This document shows positions 1-14,417 of a stretch of DNA of 64,000 bases, piece after piece (the stretch's first letter is position 1; every line of letters begins with the position of its first letter). The stretch spans positions 107,756,001-107,820,000 of the forward strand of contig OZ024745.1 in assembly GCA_964016885.1 (NCBI GenBank), written 5' to 3'. Below the pieces are notes generated by a model, which was not told the DNA's origin, made no database searches, and was given only the letters and a program-made list of their open reading frames with translations. The stretch comes from Eledone cirrhosa (lineage: Eukaryota). A program made the position numbers and the translations under genes.

Positions 1-1
1 T

Positions 2-355
2 TCGGAATTCTATTTCAAAGAAGGACAACGTTTTATAGTAAAACACAATTTCACATGCGCATCAGAAAATCTAATATATGTATTAACTTGCTCAGGTTGT
101 CGAGAACAATACATAGGCCAGACCAAAAACAGCCTCCGCCAACGCATGACTGTCCATAGATCCTAAATTAAAATACGGGAATACAGGAAAATACCACTGA
201 GTGAACACATTGATACCTGTGCCGCCCAAAATCATCCCAACTTCAGAATCTTTCCCCTCTACAAATTTAAAGATAATGCCACCCACACCCAGCGCATCAG
301 CAAGGAATCTTACTTTATTAACAAATACGGACCCCGTCTAAACACTTCTCCCTAA
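2..355 (+). pseudogene. C-terminal GIY-YIG endonuclease of a Penelope-like retroelement (one in-frame TAA at 164-166; 5' part outside window)
   Basis: Manual translation from base 2: ...FTCASENLIYVLTCSGCREQYIGQTKNSLRQRMTVHRS*...SEHIDTC...FRIFPLY...RISKESYFINKYGPRLNTSP*. It has the LIY..YIG motif, CxxC, catalytic R and E, and terminal LN. Absent from the ORF track. Confidence 0.88.
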
Positions 356-895
356 GACGAACCCACAACATACACACGTCAACATACATACCTACATCAG
401 CATACATCTCTATCCACATATAAACACAATGACATACGTAAACACACATGTTCTATGATGCAACACAAATATACACAAATTTGCATACCTTTTGATGTCT
501 ATAGATATAAACGTGCCGACACACACACATACATAAACGCACACATGCATTGCACACTGATGGGCACATACATATTTCTACACAAGTATTCCAATACGGC
601 AAGGCCTAATGGATTCCCTTTGCAGTACGAACAATCTGGACACTCACACACACCTTGGTATTATGCCAATACTATATATCATTTCACACCTTTTATTATT
701 AAGGTTTTTGATGTTCTATTGAGAGAATCGTTTTTACTGAAAATATCGAATAATGTACACCATTTTACCAGTATCACAAAAATACTGGTCCGTCCACACA
801 CACAATATACATTCTCACACACACACACATGTATACACACACACACACATATATACACACACACATACACACGCGTACATTAACATACAAAGAGA

Positions 896-956
<61 letters not shown>

Positions 957-1063
957 CTCCGTATAAGACAAGAGCTGAAAAATATCTTATAACATGTTAA
1001 AATATCCCCCACACACTTACAGACACATTCTTACTGACCATCCCTCTACCACGAATTACTCTG

Positions 1064-1139
<76 letters not shown>

Positions 1140-1791
1140 ACACACACACACTTGTCTTAATAGGCATTTGAACTGTCAACAGGCTGCGGTTCGCACACAC
1201 ATCCCTGCTGACCATTATCACAACAACGAAGCTCTTTACTACTACTACACACACACACACACACATATTTGTTTTGAAAGACTTATTTTTCAGTGACTTC
1301 TCAATCAGCCGACACAAACCTACATTTGGCGCAAAATCAATTTTTAACATTCACATGACCTCTACCGACCAATCAAAATTGTTTTGACCACAAGAATTTT
1401 TGCAACACGAATTGGCGCGAAACTTATTTTAATACCTCTGGAACCGCTTTTTTCACATAAAAACAGGTAGAATTTCCAAAACTAATCAGACTAGAGCAAA
1501 CATCACGGACGCTCTATCTCAAAATTATTTTTGAAAAGCATTAGAAATGCGCAACCAGTAAAGCTTAAAACCAAAACTGAATACTAACCAATACTATTAC
1601 TAATTTTCACTTATTCCTAATTAAACTATTTTTCACTGTGAACAATTTTTCAGCATTTTCTTTTCCGTTTACCAATATATCATAACTTGTGTGTTACACT
1701 TCTATTCTTTTAAATATATATATATATATATATATTTATATCCATATATATCTATAAATATATACATCCATATATATATATATATATATAT

Positions 1792-1905
<114 letters not shown>

Positions 1906-1948
1906 GTATATATATATATGTATATTCTTTTAAATATATATATATATA

Positions 1949-2279
1949 TATTATAAAGAAAACGAAAAATCAGTGATGCATCTGGACTTAGTTTATTTCG
2001 CGTTACAAATGTTTCGCCGGCATGTAGCTCGAGTCATGGTCCTTGTATGGATCTGGATGATTCTACTTCTGCGGGTTCTTTCAGACACGGGTGTTACGTC
2101 CGGAGCAAATTTTATCACGAGCTGCATGCCGGCGAAACATTTGTAACACGAAATAAACTAAGTCCAGATGCATCACTGATTTTTCGTTTTCTTTATAATA
2201 TCTACACTCTACTCTGATGAATATCGAGTGCTAATTTTGGCATACCGCCTATGGAAGCACCATAGCTACCACTATACAC

Positions 2280-2282
<3 letters not shown>
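1949..2282 (+). mobile_element. (TA)n-flanked fold-back PLE terminal fragment (family A) with partial hammerhead
   Basis: Inverted arms ~1949-2031 and ~2118-2201. Right arm starts GA-GCTG-catgc-CGGC-GAAAC (helix II plus GAAAC, CUGA lost) and is followed by a 3' tail to (TA)n. Confidence 0.7.
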
Positions 2283-2318
<36 letters not shown>

Positions 2319-2402
2319 AGGAAAACTGGAGTCTTTTTTTAATAAAAATATATATTTATTTGGTTCCTTTACCGGTTTCGCAGTTCTTCTGCTTTTCAAA
2401 AA

Positions 2403-2479
2403 TAGAATTGAGATGGAGGGTTTGTGGCCTTTCTCACATCAGATGTGAGAAAGGCCACAAACCCTCCATCTCAATTCTA
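2403..2479. repeat. Perfect hairpin, 38-bp arms, 1-nt loop
   Basis: 2403-2440 is the exact reverse complement of 2442-2479. Confidence 0.95.
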
Positions 2480-2611
2480 CTTATACTTTTCTGTCAGTTG
2501 ATTGAACGTTTGAAATTATATACTTTCCTTATGCATATTAACGACTGAGTAGCCTAATTTGCATATCGAGTGAGTTAGTCGGTCGGGCGTACCGAAAACG
2601 ATAAATGGTAT

Positions 2612-2654
2612 ACGATGCTGATGACAGCTAATAAGCTAGAAACTATTTCATCGT
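2612..2654 (+). ncRNA. Minimal type I hammerhead motif, family D, helix III degenerate
   Basis: acgatg CTGATGA c-agct-aata-agct-a GAAAC tattt catcgt; homologous to 19681-19725. Confidence 0.65.
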
Positions 2655-2669
2655 TCCTTTGTCAGTGTT

Positions 2670-3098
2670 AAATGAAGGCGGTGGTGTGATCCTCACGATG
2701 GACTCGGCTGACAACTGGATGCGTCCTACACGTGACAGTATCTGTTCGACATAATTCCACAGCTCGGTCACCCCTGGGCTCTGATCAATTGCGTGCAGAA
2801 CGGTTTCGATGTCCTGCTCGCATCTTGGGCAGGTCCTTTTAGCAGGATCTCTGCCAGGGCGTCCGTGCCTGTAGATTTTGTCTCCTCGGTAGCACTGCCA
2901 GGCCAGAGACCTCTGGAAGTTACCCATAGGCCCTGGTCGGAAAGTCCTCACGAACAGACTGGTCAGTTCGTCTTCCTCGATGCCTAGAGTTTCCCCCAGA
3001 ACGTTGTCACACTTATCCTTCACTAATCCCTTATAGAATGTTGAAGTGGAGTCTCCGTTGATTGCCGTTTCCGCTTGGTAGAGGGCTGTGAGCGCTTT
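2670..3098 (-). pseudogene. Truncated Tx1-like ORF2 C-terminal fragment abutting (GATA)n
   Basis: ORF 2643-3260 contains FQRSLAWQCYRG...CPRCEQDIETVLHA, matching ORF2 at 58568-61849. Confidence 0.9.
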
Positions 3099-3115
3099 AG
3101 ATAGATAGATAGATG

Positions 3116-3225
<110 letters not shown>

Positions 3226-4213
3226 TTTGTGTGTATGTGTGTGAAATCAGAAATATACACACATTAATATACACACGCGCAAACACACATGCACACAAAT
3301 ATGCAGTTAGTGAAATATAGTAAAAATGTGAAAGCCCACTAAAAGTAACTTTTCTACATTGCTTTGTAATATTATGTCGTCATCTTTTGAATAGTAATTA
3401 AATATGTTTGGGTGTGGTTTACAGTATTGGTTACACACACACTCTAATTAAGATGCCTCCGTCAGAGAGAGGTTGTCAAATGCGTTTGTTTTTATAGTAC
3501 TTCAACATTAACAACAGCAACATCTGCTGTAGTAGCTACAGTAACAGAAGCAACAACAACAACAGCAATGGTGAGAAGAAGAAGAAGAAGAAGAAGAAGA
3601 AGAAGAAGAAGAAGAAGAAGAAGAAGAAGAAGAAGAAGGTGGTGGTGGTGGTGGTGGTGGTGAGGATGATAGTGGTGGTGGTGGTGATGATGATGGTGGT
3701 GGTGGTGATGTTGTTGGTGGTTATAGATGATGGTGATGGTGGTGGTGGTGATGATGATGTTGTTGTTGGTGGTGGTGGTGTTGGTGGTGATGGTTGGTGA
3801 TGATGAAGATGACGTTGGTGGTGGTGATGATGGCGGTGGTGATGGTGATGAAGGTCGTGATGGTGATGATGAAGGTCGTGATGGCGATGATGATGGTGAT
3901 GATGATGATGATGATGATGATTAAATGGTACAAAATCTGGCAGAGATATCTACAAAATATGGGGCATGTAGAAGTTGTAATCATGCCATTAATAATGTGT
4001 GCATCGGCGACGGGAACAACCTAAATTAAGAACTAGAATTACGAAATTTTAAGTGACATGTGGATAAAACCTCTTCAGAAGAGGACAATCTTAGGAACTG
4101 CTTGTTTCCTGGCAAAGATTCTTGAAACACACAGAAAGAACATCTGAAATACCATTAATCATTTTTCAAAACTCAGCATAATAACAGGCATATGACTAGC
4201 TTGTTGAAACGAA

Positions 4214-5200
4214 TTAATTGTTTCTACTTTTGGCACAAGGCCAGCAAATACCCAGTGCATTACTGGTACTTTATTTTATCGACCCCGTAAGGATGAAAGG
4301 CAAAGTCAACCTCGGCGGGATTTGAGGGATATGACTAGCTTGTTGAAACGAAATAATAATAATTGTTTCTACTTTTGGCACAAGGCCAGCTATTACCCCA
4401 GTGTATTACTAGTACTTTATTTTATCGACCCTGTTAGGATGAAAGGCAAAGTTAACCTCGGCGGGATTTGAACTCAGAATGGCAAGGGCCGTAACTCAAT
4501 GCGTCAAGGCATAGCGTCCGACCCTCTACCGATACTGCCAATCCGCCGCCCTTACGAAATAATAATAATTGTTTCTACTTTTGGCACAAGGTCAGCAATT
4601 ATCCCAGTGTATTACTGGGACTTTATGTTATCGACCCCGTAAAGATGAAAGGCAAAGTTAACCTCGGCGGGATTTGAACTCAGACCATAAAGGGCCGTAA
4701 CTCAATGCGTCAAGGCATGGTGTCTGTCCCTCTACCGATACTGCCAATCCACTGCCCTTACGAAATAATAATAATGATTTCTAGTATAGGCACAAGGCCA
4801 GTAATTTTGGGGGGAGGGGAAAGTCGACTAAATCGACCCCAATACGTTACTGGTGCTTTATTTTATCGACCCCGTTAGGATGAAAGGCAAAGTTAACCTC
4901 GGCGGGATTTGAACTCAGACCGTAAAGGACCGTAACTCTATGCTGCAAAGCATGGCGTCCGACTCTCTAGCGATATTGCCAATCCACCACCCTATAATCC
5001 AACGAAATAATAATAATAATAATGTTTTTACTTTTGGAACAAGGCCAGTAATTACCCCAGTACATTACTGGTGCTTTATTTTATCCACCCCGTAAGGATG
5101 AAAAGAAAAGTTTACCTCGGCGAGATTTGAACTCAGAACGTAAAGGGACATAACTCTATCCTGCAAAGCATGGTATCTGATGTTCTACCGATACTGCCAA
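4214..5200 (-). mobile_element. Tandem cluster of about 5 tRNA-derived SINE copies (SINE-1)
   Basis: Repeated ggatgaaaggcaaagttaacctcggcgggatttgaactcag (reverse complement of B-box GAGTTCAAATCC plus conserved body), with (AAT)n tails. Confidence 0.88.
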
Positions 5201-5693
5201 ACCAAACAGCAGCAACAACCAAAACCTCAATAACAACAACAACCGAGAGGAATATACACAATTCCTAGAAGTTAAATGTCACCTGGTTGTTGTTTCATAG
5301 TTGTTCCTGCCGCTGTTGCTGTCGTATTTGTTGTTGTTGTTGTTGCTGCTGCTGTTGTTATTATTGATGCTGTTGCTGTTTCTGTTGCTGTTATTGTTTC
5401 TTAAAAAACATGGCCATGTATGAGTATATCTGCTACACTAGTCTCGACAAAGGATATTTGAAAACGAAATAACGTAGCTTAAATTTCCAACACGTGCCTA
5501 TCCATCCAATTTCAAATCCTTCGATTAAGAGTTATCTAGTAATCATAGAAATCTCTGTGTTTTTTTAGAAGGTGGCAATAGGACACCCCTACGGAAATTT
5601 ACAATGGAAACGTATCAGGAGTTAGCACCTAATACAAATATATCGATCTCATTTGCTATGAAATATAAGATAATAGTTTCCTTATTATTTACA

Positions 5694-5825
5694 TAGGCCT
5701 TTGCCATTCTGAGTTCAAATCCCGCCGAGGTTAACTTTGCCTTTCATCCTTACGGGATCGATAAAATAAAGTACCAATAATGTACTGGTTAATTGCTGGC
5801 CTTGTGCCAATAGTAGAAACAATTA
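5694..5825 (+). mobile_element. SINE-1, 5'-truncated
   Basis: tctgagttcaaatcccgccgaggttaactttgcctttcatcc...gtagaaacaattatt. Confidence 0.85.
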
Positions 5826-6184
5826 TTTACATAGGCCTTTATTTCCTGTTCTTTCTCTTCTCACTCTCCTCTATTTTTATATTTTTCTCGTATTTCTTAT
5901 CCTAAGTTCTGATGATGAACTACCGCCCGAAACATTAAGACATTTTTCCTACTATAACAATTATTAAGCTAATATATATCTGCATTGTATTATATTGTTT
6001 GCTTTGTTATTTTCTGTTTAGTCTTCTCATACTAAGTAACTAATATTGCCAAGAAGCGAGTTGAAATGCTAAGGAATTGCAGTTGCTTTTCTAAGAGGCT
6101 AAGGTGTAATTTGAAAGAGTTTCGTTAGCAAATTCTAGCAGCTCGAGCAACCACACTGGACTCTTGTTTGTTTGTGTGTGCATG

Positions 6185-6216
<32 letters not shown>

Positions 6217-6370
6217 TTTATGTATCGAGGATTTATGTGGTTATTTTTGATAGTGTCTCTCTCTACCTTATATTTTTGTAAACTATCATTATGGAAGATT
6301 ATATGAAAATAAATAGTCAATAGAATGTAGATAGATAGAGAGAGAGAGAGAGGGGGGGGGGGGCAATGAA

Positions 6371-6482
<112 letters not shown>

Positions 6483-6943
6483 GCATACATACAACGAGCT
6501 CTGCTCCAAAACACCCAGCTAATACGACTCTTGATAAACTTGTGCTGTTTGCAACAAAAAATAGAAAATGCCTCATTTTCCGACTCTTATTTTCTTGAAT
6601 GCACCGCTACACTACCACACAATTGGTCATTAAACTTCCGTCGGCTTATCTGTAGAAAGAAAGCATTTATTTCTATTCTTATTTTCAACTGCAACATCTC
6701 GTTTTATGTATTATTATTTCTTTCGTATCTTTTTTTAAATTGCCGTGCAGGTATCGTTATATTGGCGCCGGACTAATAGTCGCTTTTAGCGCTCAATCAA
6801 CTACGCTTTTATTTTAAAAGGATTCTTCGACTCCATTTGTCTCTGCCACAATGCACCCATCTATATCTAAATAACTTATTTTCTATTTATTTCTCTATTC
6901 ATCTATCTATTTATCTATATATGTATCTCTCTCTTTCTCTCTT

Positions 6944-7062
<119 letters not shown>

Positions 7063-7110
7063 ATATATATATACATATTGTATAGCAAACCATGTCACTC
7101 TTCTTTCTTG

Positions 7111-7153
<43 letters not shown>

Positions 7154-7396
7154 GGTTGACTGTGCAAATGGGAAAACTAAAACACAATACATGGGTAGGA
7201 TTATATATATTTTGCTATAGCTGGGGAATTATACAATACCAGTGATTCAGGGAGGTGGGGTGCAATGAGTTCTGTGGGGGGGCAATGTGTTCTGTGCTTA
7301 ACTGCGCTCTTTTAAACTAATATGGGTACACAACCATAAAAAATAACAATATATATACTACATAGTGCGTACGTTTGCGTGCATGTGTATTATATG

Positions 7397-7463
<67 letters not shown>

Positions 7464-7467
<4 letters not shown>

Positions 7468-7591
7468 CCATTACTCTCCAGAGTACTCGATACTTGGGGT
7501 AATAGTGTGGGTAATATGAAAAAATTCAGGATCCATTCGGATTTAGCTGTTGAAACGACCGGAGCTCAGCCGTCGGGGTCTTGAATTTTTT

Positions 7592-7593
<2 letters not shown>
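7464..7593 (-). mobile_element. Diverged family B fold-back fragment
   Basis: Shares gagtactc.atacttggggta.tag.gtgggtaata and gagctcagccgtcggggtc with 16731-17159. Confidence 0.7.
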
Positions 7594-7686
<93 letters not shown>

Positions 7687-7756
7687 AAATAAATAAATAA
7701 ACAGTCTAAATAAAGATGGCGTAGGCATACAATACAACAGGAGGAAACATAATAGC

Positions 7757-7798
7757 ACCACTGACGATGTTGCAGATGTGCAACGAAAGAACTTTGTT
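7757..7798 (+). ncRNA. Degenerate minimal hammerhead motif
   Basis: acca CTGACGA t gttgca-gatg-tgcaac GAAAG aa CTT tgtt; helix II perfect, helix I weak. Confidence 0.5.
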
Positions 7799-7882
7799 AG
7801 ACTATATATATGTGTTTGTGTCTATATTATATCTGTATTTTTGACCGTTGGTCAGTCAATAGTAACAATGAGGACCGAATAA

Positions 7883-8260
<378 letters not shown>

Positions 8261-8637
8261 CATTTCGCCTGAGAGAATGAAACAAAAGAGAAACTCTGAG
8301 TGGAGAAGAACTAAAGAACCAAATTTGTGTATATCACACCTCTGAGCAGGCAACGAGTTCTCTTTTCTCGTTTGTGAAAGAAAAATGTATAAATTTGTGT
8401 ACATAGATGTATAGTTTGTACATAGATTAATAAATTCATTTATATATATATATATATATAGTAATAAGAATATTTATATTTATATATGTTTAATACAACT
8501 ATAAATATGGAGGGTAGTACTAAATATATATATATATATATAGATAGATAGATAGATAGATAGATAGAGGGTGAGAGAGAGAGGCAGATTCATATATATA
8601 TATATATATATGATATATATATAGATATACATATATG

Positions 8638-8671
<34 letters not shown>

Positions 8672-8687
8672 TATGATATATATATAG

Positions 8688-8742
<55 letters not shown>

Positions 8743-8744
8743 TA

Positions 8745-8863
<119 letters not shown>

Positions 8864-9543
8864 GAGAGATGGAGGGGAGATAGAGAGAGTGAGAATGAGT
8901 GAGAGAGAGACCGATTCATATATATATATATATGTACACATATACATATGTATATGTATGTGTGTGGATGTATGTATATGTGTTTTTTTATTCGTTTGTT
9001 AATGTTTCTATATAGATTCTTACATGGACCTTTAATACATACAACCAAATAAGCAAGAGGACTTTTCTTATTTTCTTCTGACTTAAATTATATTATATTG
9101 CCTATCCCCTGTTATCTTCTTTTCCTTTCATTATCATCTACTCTCATCTACTCTCATCTACTATTATCTCAACATCTTTCACTCTCCATATTTTTCTCTT
9201 GTTATACTTCCATGTTTTCTTCTTTTCTCATTATACCTCATTTTTTTATCTATTATCTCATTTTTCACTTTCTTTCTCTTACCCCACCTTCTTTTCACTC
9301 TCTCTCGCTCTCTCCCTCTTTCTCTCTCTCAATCTCTCTCTCTCACTCTCTCTTTCTCTCTCAATCTCTCTCTCACTCTCTCTCTTTCTCTCTCTTTCTC
9401 TCTCTCAATCTCTCTCTCTTTCTCTCTCTCTCTCTCTAACTCTCTCTCTCTCGCTCTCACTCTCATTCTCTCTATCTCTATCACTCTTTCTCTCTCTCTT
9501 CCTCTTTCATCCACTCACTCTCTCTCTTTCTCCCTCTCTCTTC

Positions 9544-9654
<111 letters not shown>

Positions 9655-10764
9655 GATATATATATACAGTATATATATCTATAATTACTATATCCCTCAT
9701 TTCTTCTTGTTCTTATTATTAGTCTTTTTGTTTCAACTTCCTATATATTATTTACTTTTCTTTCTCTTAATCTCCGCCCCTTCTTCGTTTATCACTCCAG
9801 TATTTTTCAACAATCACCAATATATGTTGAGTTTTCTTCCAATACATTTAGATTATGTCTTCTCTCCCAGGGCAAGTATTTCAATTCTACTTGCTTAAGA
9901 ATCGTGTCTCTATTAGAAAATTATATTAAAGTATATAAGTAAATGTGTACCAATCTACCAACCTTAAGCTGCATCATTTACATTATATTATAATAGGCAT
10001 TTTTTTTTCTGTTTTTTTTTTGTAGGAGGGGTGTTTTTTTTTGGGGGGGGGGGGATGTTAAGGTTTTTATCTTTTTAATCTTTCAAGACCTTATCGTTTT
10101 TTGAATGAAACGTTTTTGGGGGGATTATAATCATGTCAGATTTCGAATGTTTTACTGTTGTAATACAAGAGCATGTGATACCTTCGAAATATATGATAAA
10201 CACAAGAGATACAGTGGAGACACACGTAATTAATCAAAATACCGTAAATAATCATATTTCCGCAGCATCTCTAAAATGTGAAGGCGTGTTGTTGATTGTG
10301 AGTTCGATTCCTGGACCGAGCAGTGCGTTATGTCCTTGAGCAAGACACTTTATTTCACGTTCCTCCTTCTACCTGGAGTTGCGACCGATAGATAGTATTA
10401 GCAATTGGAAAAACTAACCGAAACATTGTTTATTCGGTCCAATTTGACGAAAGTCGATCGACTGTCTCTAAAATGTCATCAAGTTACTACCACCTAATAT
10501 GTGTAAAATACACAATGCCGTCCGTAAGAATAAATATGGAGAATATCCCAGAACAAATATAGAGAATACCTCTAAACAATTATGTACGTAGGGTCCCTTA
10601 ACTCCTGATAGAGTCGTAGGGGCAATGTATTGACATACGGCGTTTCTAGGGCATTTTAAGCCTGGCGGAGCCCATCTCTCTCCAGATCTGAGTACAGCAG
10701 ATTTCTTCCAGAGAAAGATTGAAAGTGAGAAAGTGGAAATGAGAAAGAGATATAGAGGAAGAAT

Positions 10765-11228
10765 CCACCCCAGTACTAGACTGGTACTTTTTTTATCCAC
10801 CTCGAAATGATGAAAGGGAGTGTTGACCCCGACGGGATTTGAACTCCGAGGGCAGAAAGCCGGAACGAATACCATAAAGCATTCTATCCGACGTTATAAC
10901 GACTTTGCCTATCACACTTTCTAAACAATTATACCGATTGTAAATCTAAACTATAATAAAGTAAGGGGTGCGGGACTGCGTCCAGAATATATTTTTTTTA
11001 TCCCGTTTGTAAAATAAGTTGGATTACTTTGAATAAATAATTGTTTCTACTTTAGGCACAAGGACAGCAATTACCCAGTACATTACTTGTACTTTATTGT
11101 ATCGACCCCGTAAGGATGAAAGGCAAAGTTAACCTCGGCTGGATTTGAACTCAGACTGTAAAGGGACGTAACCATGCTAGAAAGGATGGCGTCCAACCCT
11201 CTACCGATATTGCCAATTCACCGCCCTT
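10765..11228 (-). mobile_element. Two SINE-1 copies (~10765-10915 diverged; ~11038-11228)
   Basis: Same body and B-box motif as the other SINE-1 copies. Confidence 0.8.
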
Positions 11229-11619
11229 TTACTTTGAATAAATAATGAATGAATATTACATAATTTATCTATTAAAGTTCGTTATTCTTGATTAAATATA
11301 AATAATATTATTGCTTATTTTAAGATTCACTTCTTTAAAATTTTCAAATGTCAACACTTCCGGTTAGCGATCGCTTAAATAAACATTCATATATTTCCGT
11401 CACTAATTTATATATAATATCGTCTTTTTTTTTTAATGTATCATGGATTACGTTACTGATTACATAAGACAGTGTAACACAGTCTTCGTTCAATTTCTGT
11501 GTATATTGTCAATTACGATTTTATTTGATGTATCATATCTACATGCATATATACTTGCGTATAATATCAATATGCCCAAAAGGTGGTTTTTCTGCTAGTA
11601 GAGAATAATAGAAAGCAAA

Positions 11620-11719
11620 TTGGTAGAGCCGAAAGAAAGTCATATAGAGTGATTTGCGACATTCCTCCGGGTTCTCTGAGCTCTAAGTTCAAATTCTGCC
11701 GAGGTCAACTTTGCCTTTC
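11620..11719 (+). mobile_element. SINE-1 5' half, truncated at a TA-run insertion
   Basis: aagttcaaattctgccgaggtcaactttgcctttc, then an unrelated inverted-repeat element. Confidence 0.7.
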
Positions 11720-11947
11720 GTATATAAAAATAATAAAACAGCGCACATGGCATCCTAGCGAGTCTCACAAACCCACACCACTAGAAATCACAGCCAGGCT
11801 TACACGACATTTGAAATAGCTCAACAAATTAACGGAGCCGAATATATTAAATGTATATATTGAGTTAGGAACTCAAAATAGTTTCATGTGCGCTGTTTTA
11901 TTATTTTTTATATATATCATATATAGATGTGTCTAGGATACTAATTC

Positions 11948-12022
11948 ATCACCCACTGATGAGCTTGGATTAGTATTTCTATTCACAATTAATTTTGCGA
12001 AACAACAAGTTGTCTGGGTGAT
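11948..12022 (+). ncRNA. Type I hammerhead ribozyme, canonical core, predicted cleavage after GUC at 12014
   Basis: atcaccca CTGATGA gc...gc GAAACAAC-aa-GTTGTC tgggtgat: 8-bp helix I, 5-bp helix III. Confidence 0.88.
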
Positions 12023-12683
12023 TGGTAGTTACCACAATTCCGGTTTGTATTTATTTTCTTAATGTTTTCTTAAATTGAGACAAGCGAACCCAGTTGTCTA
12101 TAGTTAGTACTCTTTTCACCTTAGCAAATTAGGTACCCTACGATTTGAACACATATATCTATATACCTGTGTTCGCTTTGTGTGTGTATACGTACATCAT
12201 ACATACATATATATGCATACATACTTTAATTAACACGCCCATACACATGTACATACAATTGTACATTCATATGTATTCGCATATATGCGCATACATAGAT
12301 AAATATATACATTCATACATACATAGTACGTACGTATGTACATACTTATATACATACATGCTTCTCAATCCAATACTTTTTTATTGTAATACATCTCCAC
12401 TTCTGTAATTTTTCAAAGAATTGTCTGTTTCCTTTTTGTTAAAATAATGGGTTTATTTTAAAATGAAATATGACTGGATTTCCTCAATCATTTTGAAACA
12501 TGCATTCTTTAATTGAAATATTCTGCAGCTGCTCGGAACAACCTATATGGATATAAACTTGTTTACTGTTTAGTAGTTAATTCCATTTCTTGATATATTT
12601 TTGATACAGCCAATAAGAGAGCTTCTATCTAGTTGTTCGACATGCAAAAAATAGCAACCACATTGCCGTCAAATAACATATTA

Positions 12684-12895
12684 TAATTGTTTCTACTTTT
12701 GGCACAAGGCCTGCAATTACCCAGTGCATTACTGATGCTTTATTTTATCAACCCCGTAAGGATGAAAGGCAAATTTTACCTCGGCCGGAATTGAACTCAG
12801 AACTTAAAGGACCATACTGCAAAGATGGTGTCTGCAAACATCAGACACCATGCTTTACAGCATGGTGTCTCATCTTCTATCGATACTGCCAATCC
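12684..12895 (-). mobile_element. SINE-1
   Basis: Conserved body; small internal inverted duplication at ~12824-12851. Confidence 0.82.
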
Positions 12896-13451
12896 ATAGA
12901 TACCTTCAATTACAGGTCTACTTTATGAGGAGTCGGCTAGATTTTCACTATAAAGGCAACATCTATTTCACCTCTATAATTTTACAACACTAAACTCTCA
13001 TCAAATTACATTACACAAGGAGCCAACAGCATTTGTAATTATATGATATGCTAGAAATAGCAACCAAATTTCCCTAAAATCGCACGCTGTTCTCATAAAT
13101 ACTACAAGTATAATATAGAGCTAGACTCACTGTCTGTAAGAAAAGGTTTAGATCAGAAATCTTTCGATCCTAGAATATAAATGCCTTTCATGATAGGTCT
13201 AATCAATTAGAGTTGATCTGGAGCTGAGCAACAACAACAACTACTACTACTACTACTACTACTACTACACTACTGCTACTGGGTTGTAGACATGCTGTAA
13301 ATAAGTTAATGTATATGCTACCACTCCAGGTTCACTCGAAACATCCGTTTCTGCTCCACTCAACATACTTAATATGAGGTATCTTTCAGACTATTCATTA
13401 AAGTGTTTGCTTTCCAAATTTATTAGTATTCTTATTAATATTGCAATGTTT

Positions 13452-13630
13452 GAGGGCGGTTTTATAGCATAGAGTTATGGCGCTTTATGATCTGAGTTCA
13501 AATTCTGCCGAGGTTAGCTTTGCCTTTCATCCTTAGGCGGTCGATAAAATAAAGTACCAGTAATGTACTGGAGTCAATTTAATCGACTTTCCCCTCCCCT
13601 AAAATTGTTGGCATTGTGCCTAAATCTTAT
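13452..13630 (+). mobile_element. SINE-1
   Basis: tctgagttcaaattctgccgaggttagctttgcctttcatcc. Confidence 0.82.
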
Positions 13631-14318
13631 TACCAATATTACGGCTTTCCGGAATGTCAACATACAGGTGTCAACATACAAATTCAGTATTTTGAAAATA
13701 ATAGTTGTAACTATTAAATTTATTGATATAATGAGTCGTTGTAGGGCTTCTACATATTTGCTAGACTATATCATAATTAGGCAGCAGGACTGAGGTTGTT
13801 CACACATTATCCAGGTGATAAAAGAGGCAAACCGTAGCATACACTATCAATTATTCAACCAAAAGTAGCTTCACTGCAATCTCATAATATAACAAGACTT
13901 CCCAAGCCCATTAAACATACAACAGGGAAAGAGATATGGATAAAGCTTTGGAATTTTAGGAAGAAAATTTCCAAGTAGCAGGAATAAAACATTGACAAAA
14001 CGTATGACACAGGTAAAACTGTATTTGTTAAACCAACAAGGAAAGAAGTTCGGTTTGCTTGTGATGATGCAACTCTTGCTTAATGTCAGAAGAATGCAAA
14101 CACAATGACAAGAAATGTCTCCAGTCTTCCAATACTCAGCTAAATTCATTAAACCCATTAGGAGACTATAACTGTAAACCCTAAAGGTAAAGTAGGAATT
14201 ACTCCAGGGGTAATTTACCTGACGTAATCAACTATTATTTATAGTTATTCGCATTGAGGATATAACTTAAAAGATTTTCCTAATGCTTTGTAAATTGACC
14301 AAATATTTAGAAAAGAAT

Positions 14319-14417
<99 letters not shown>

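Noticed and set aside
1480-1560. GAAATGCGCA with upstream hairpins, possible HHR of the PLE at 2-355
   Set aside because: No recognisable CUGANGA or UUGANAA core, and no NUH site.
5905-5940. CTGATGA...GAAAC at 5909-5933 (similar weak cases at ~24299, ~27825, ~54270)
   Set aside because: Helices do not pair convincingly; at most decayed relics.
13871-14158. 95-aa ORF in unique sequence
   Set aside because: No recognisable domain or splice context.
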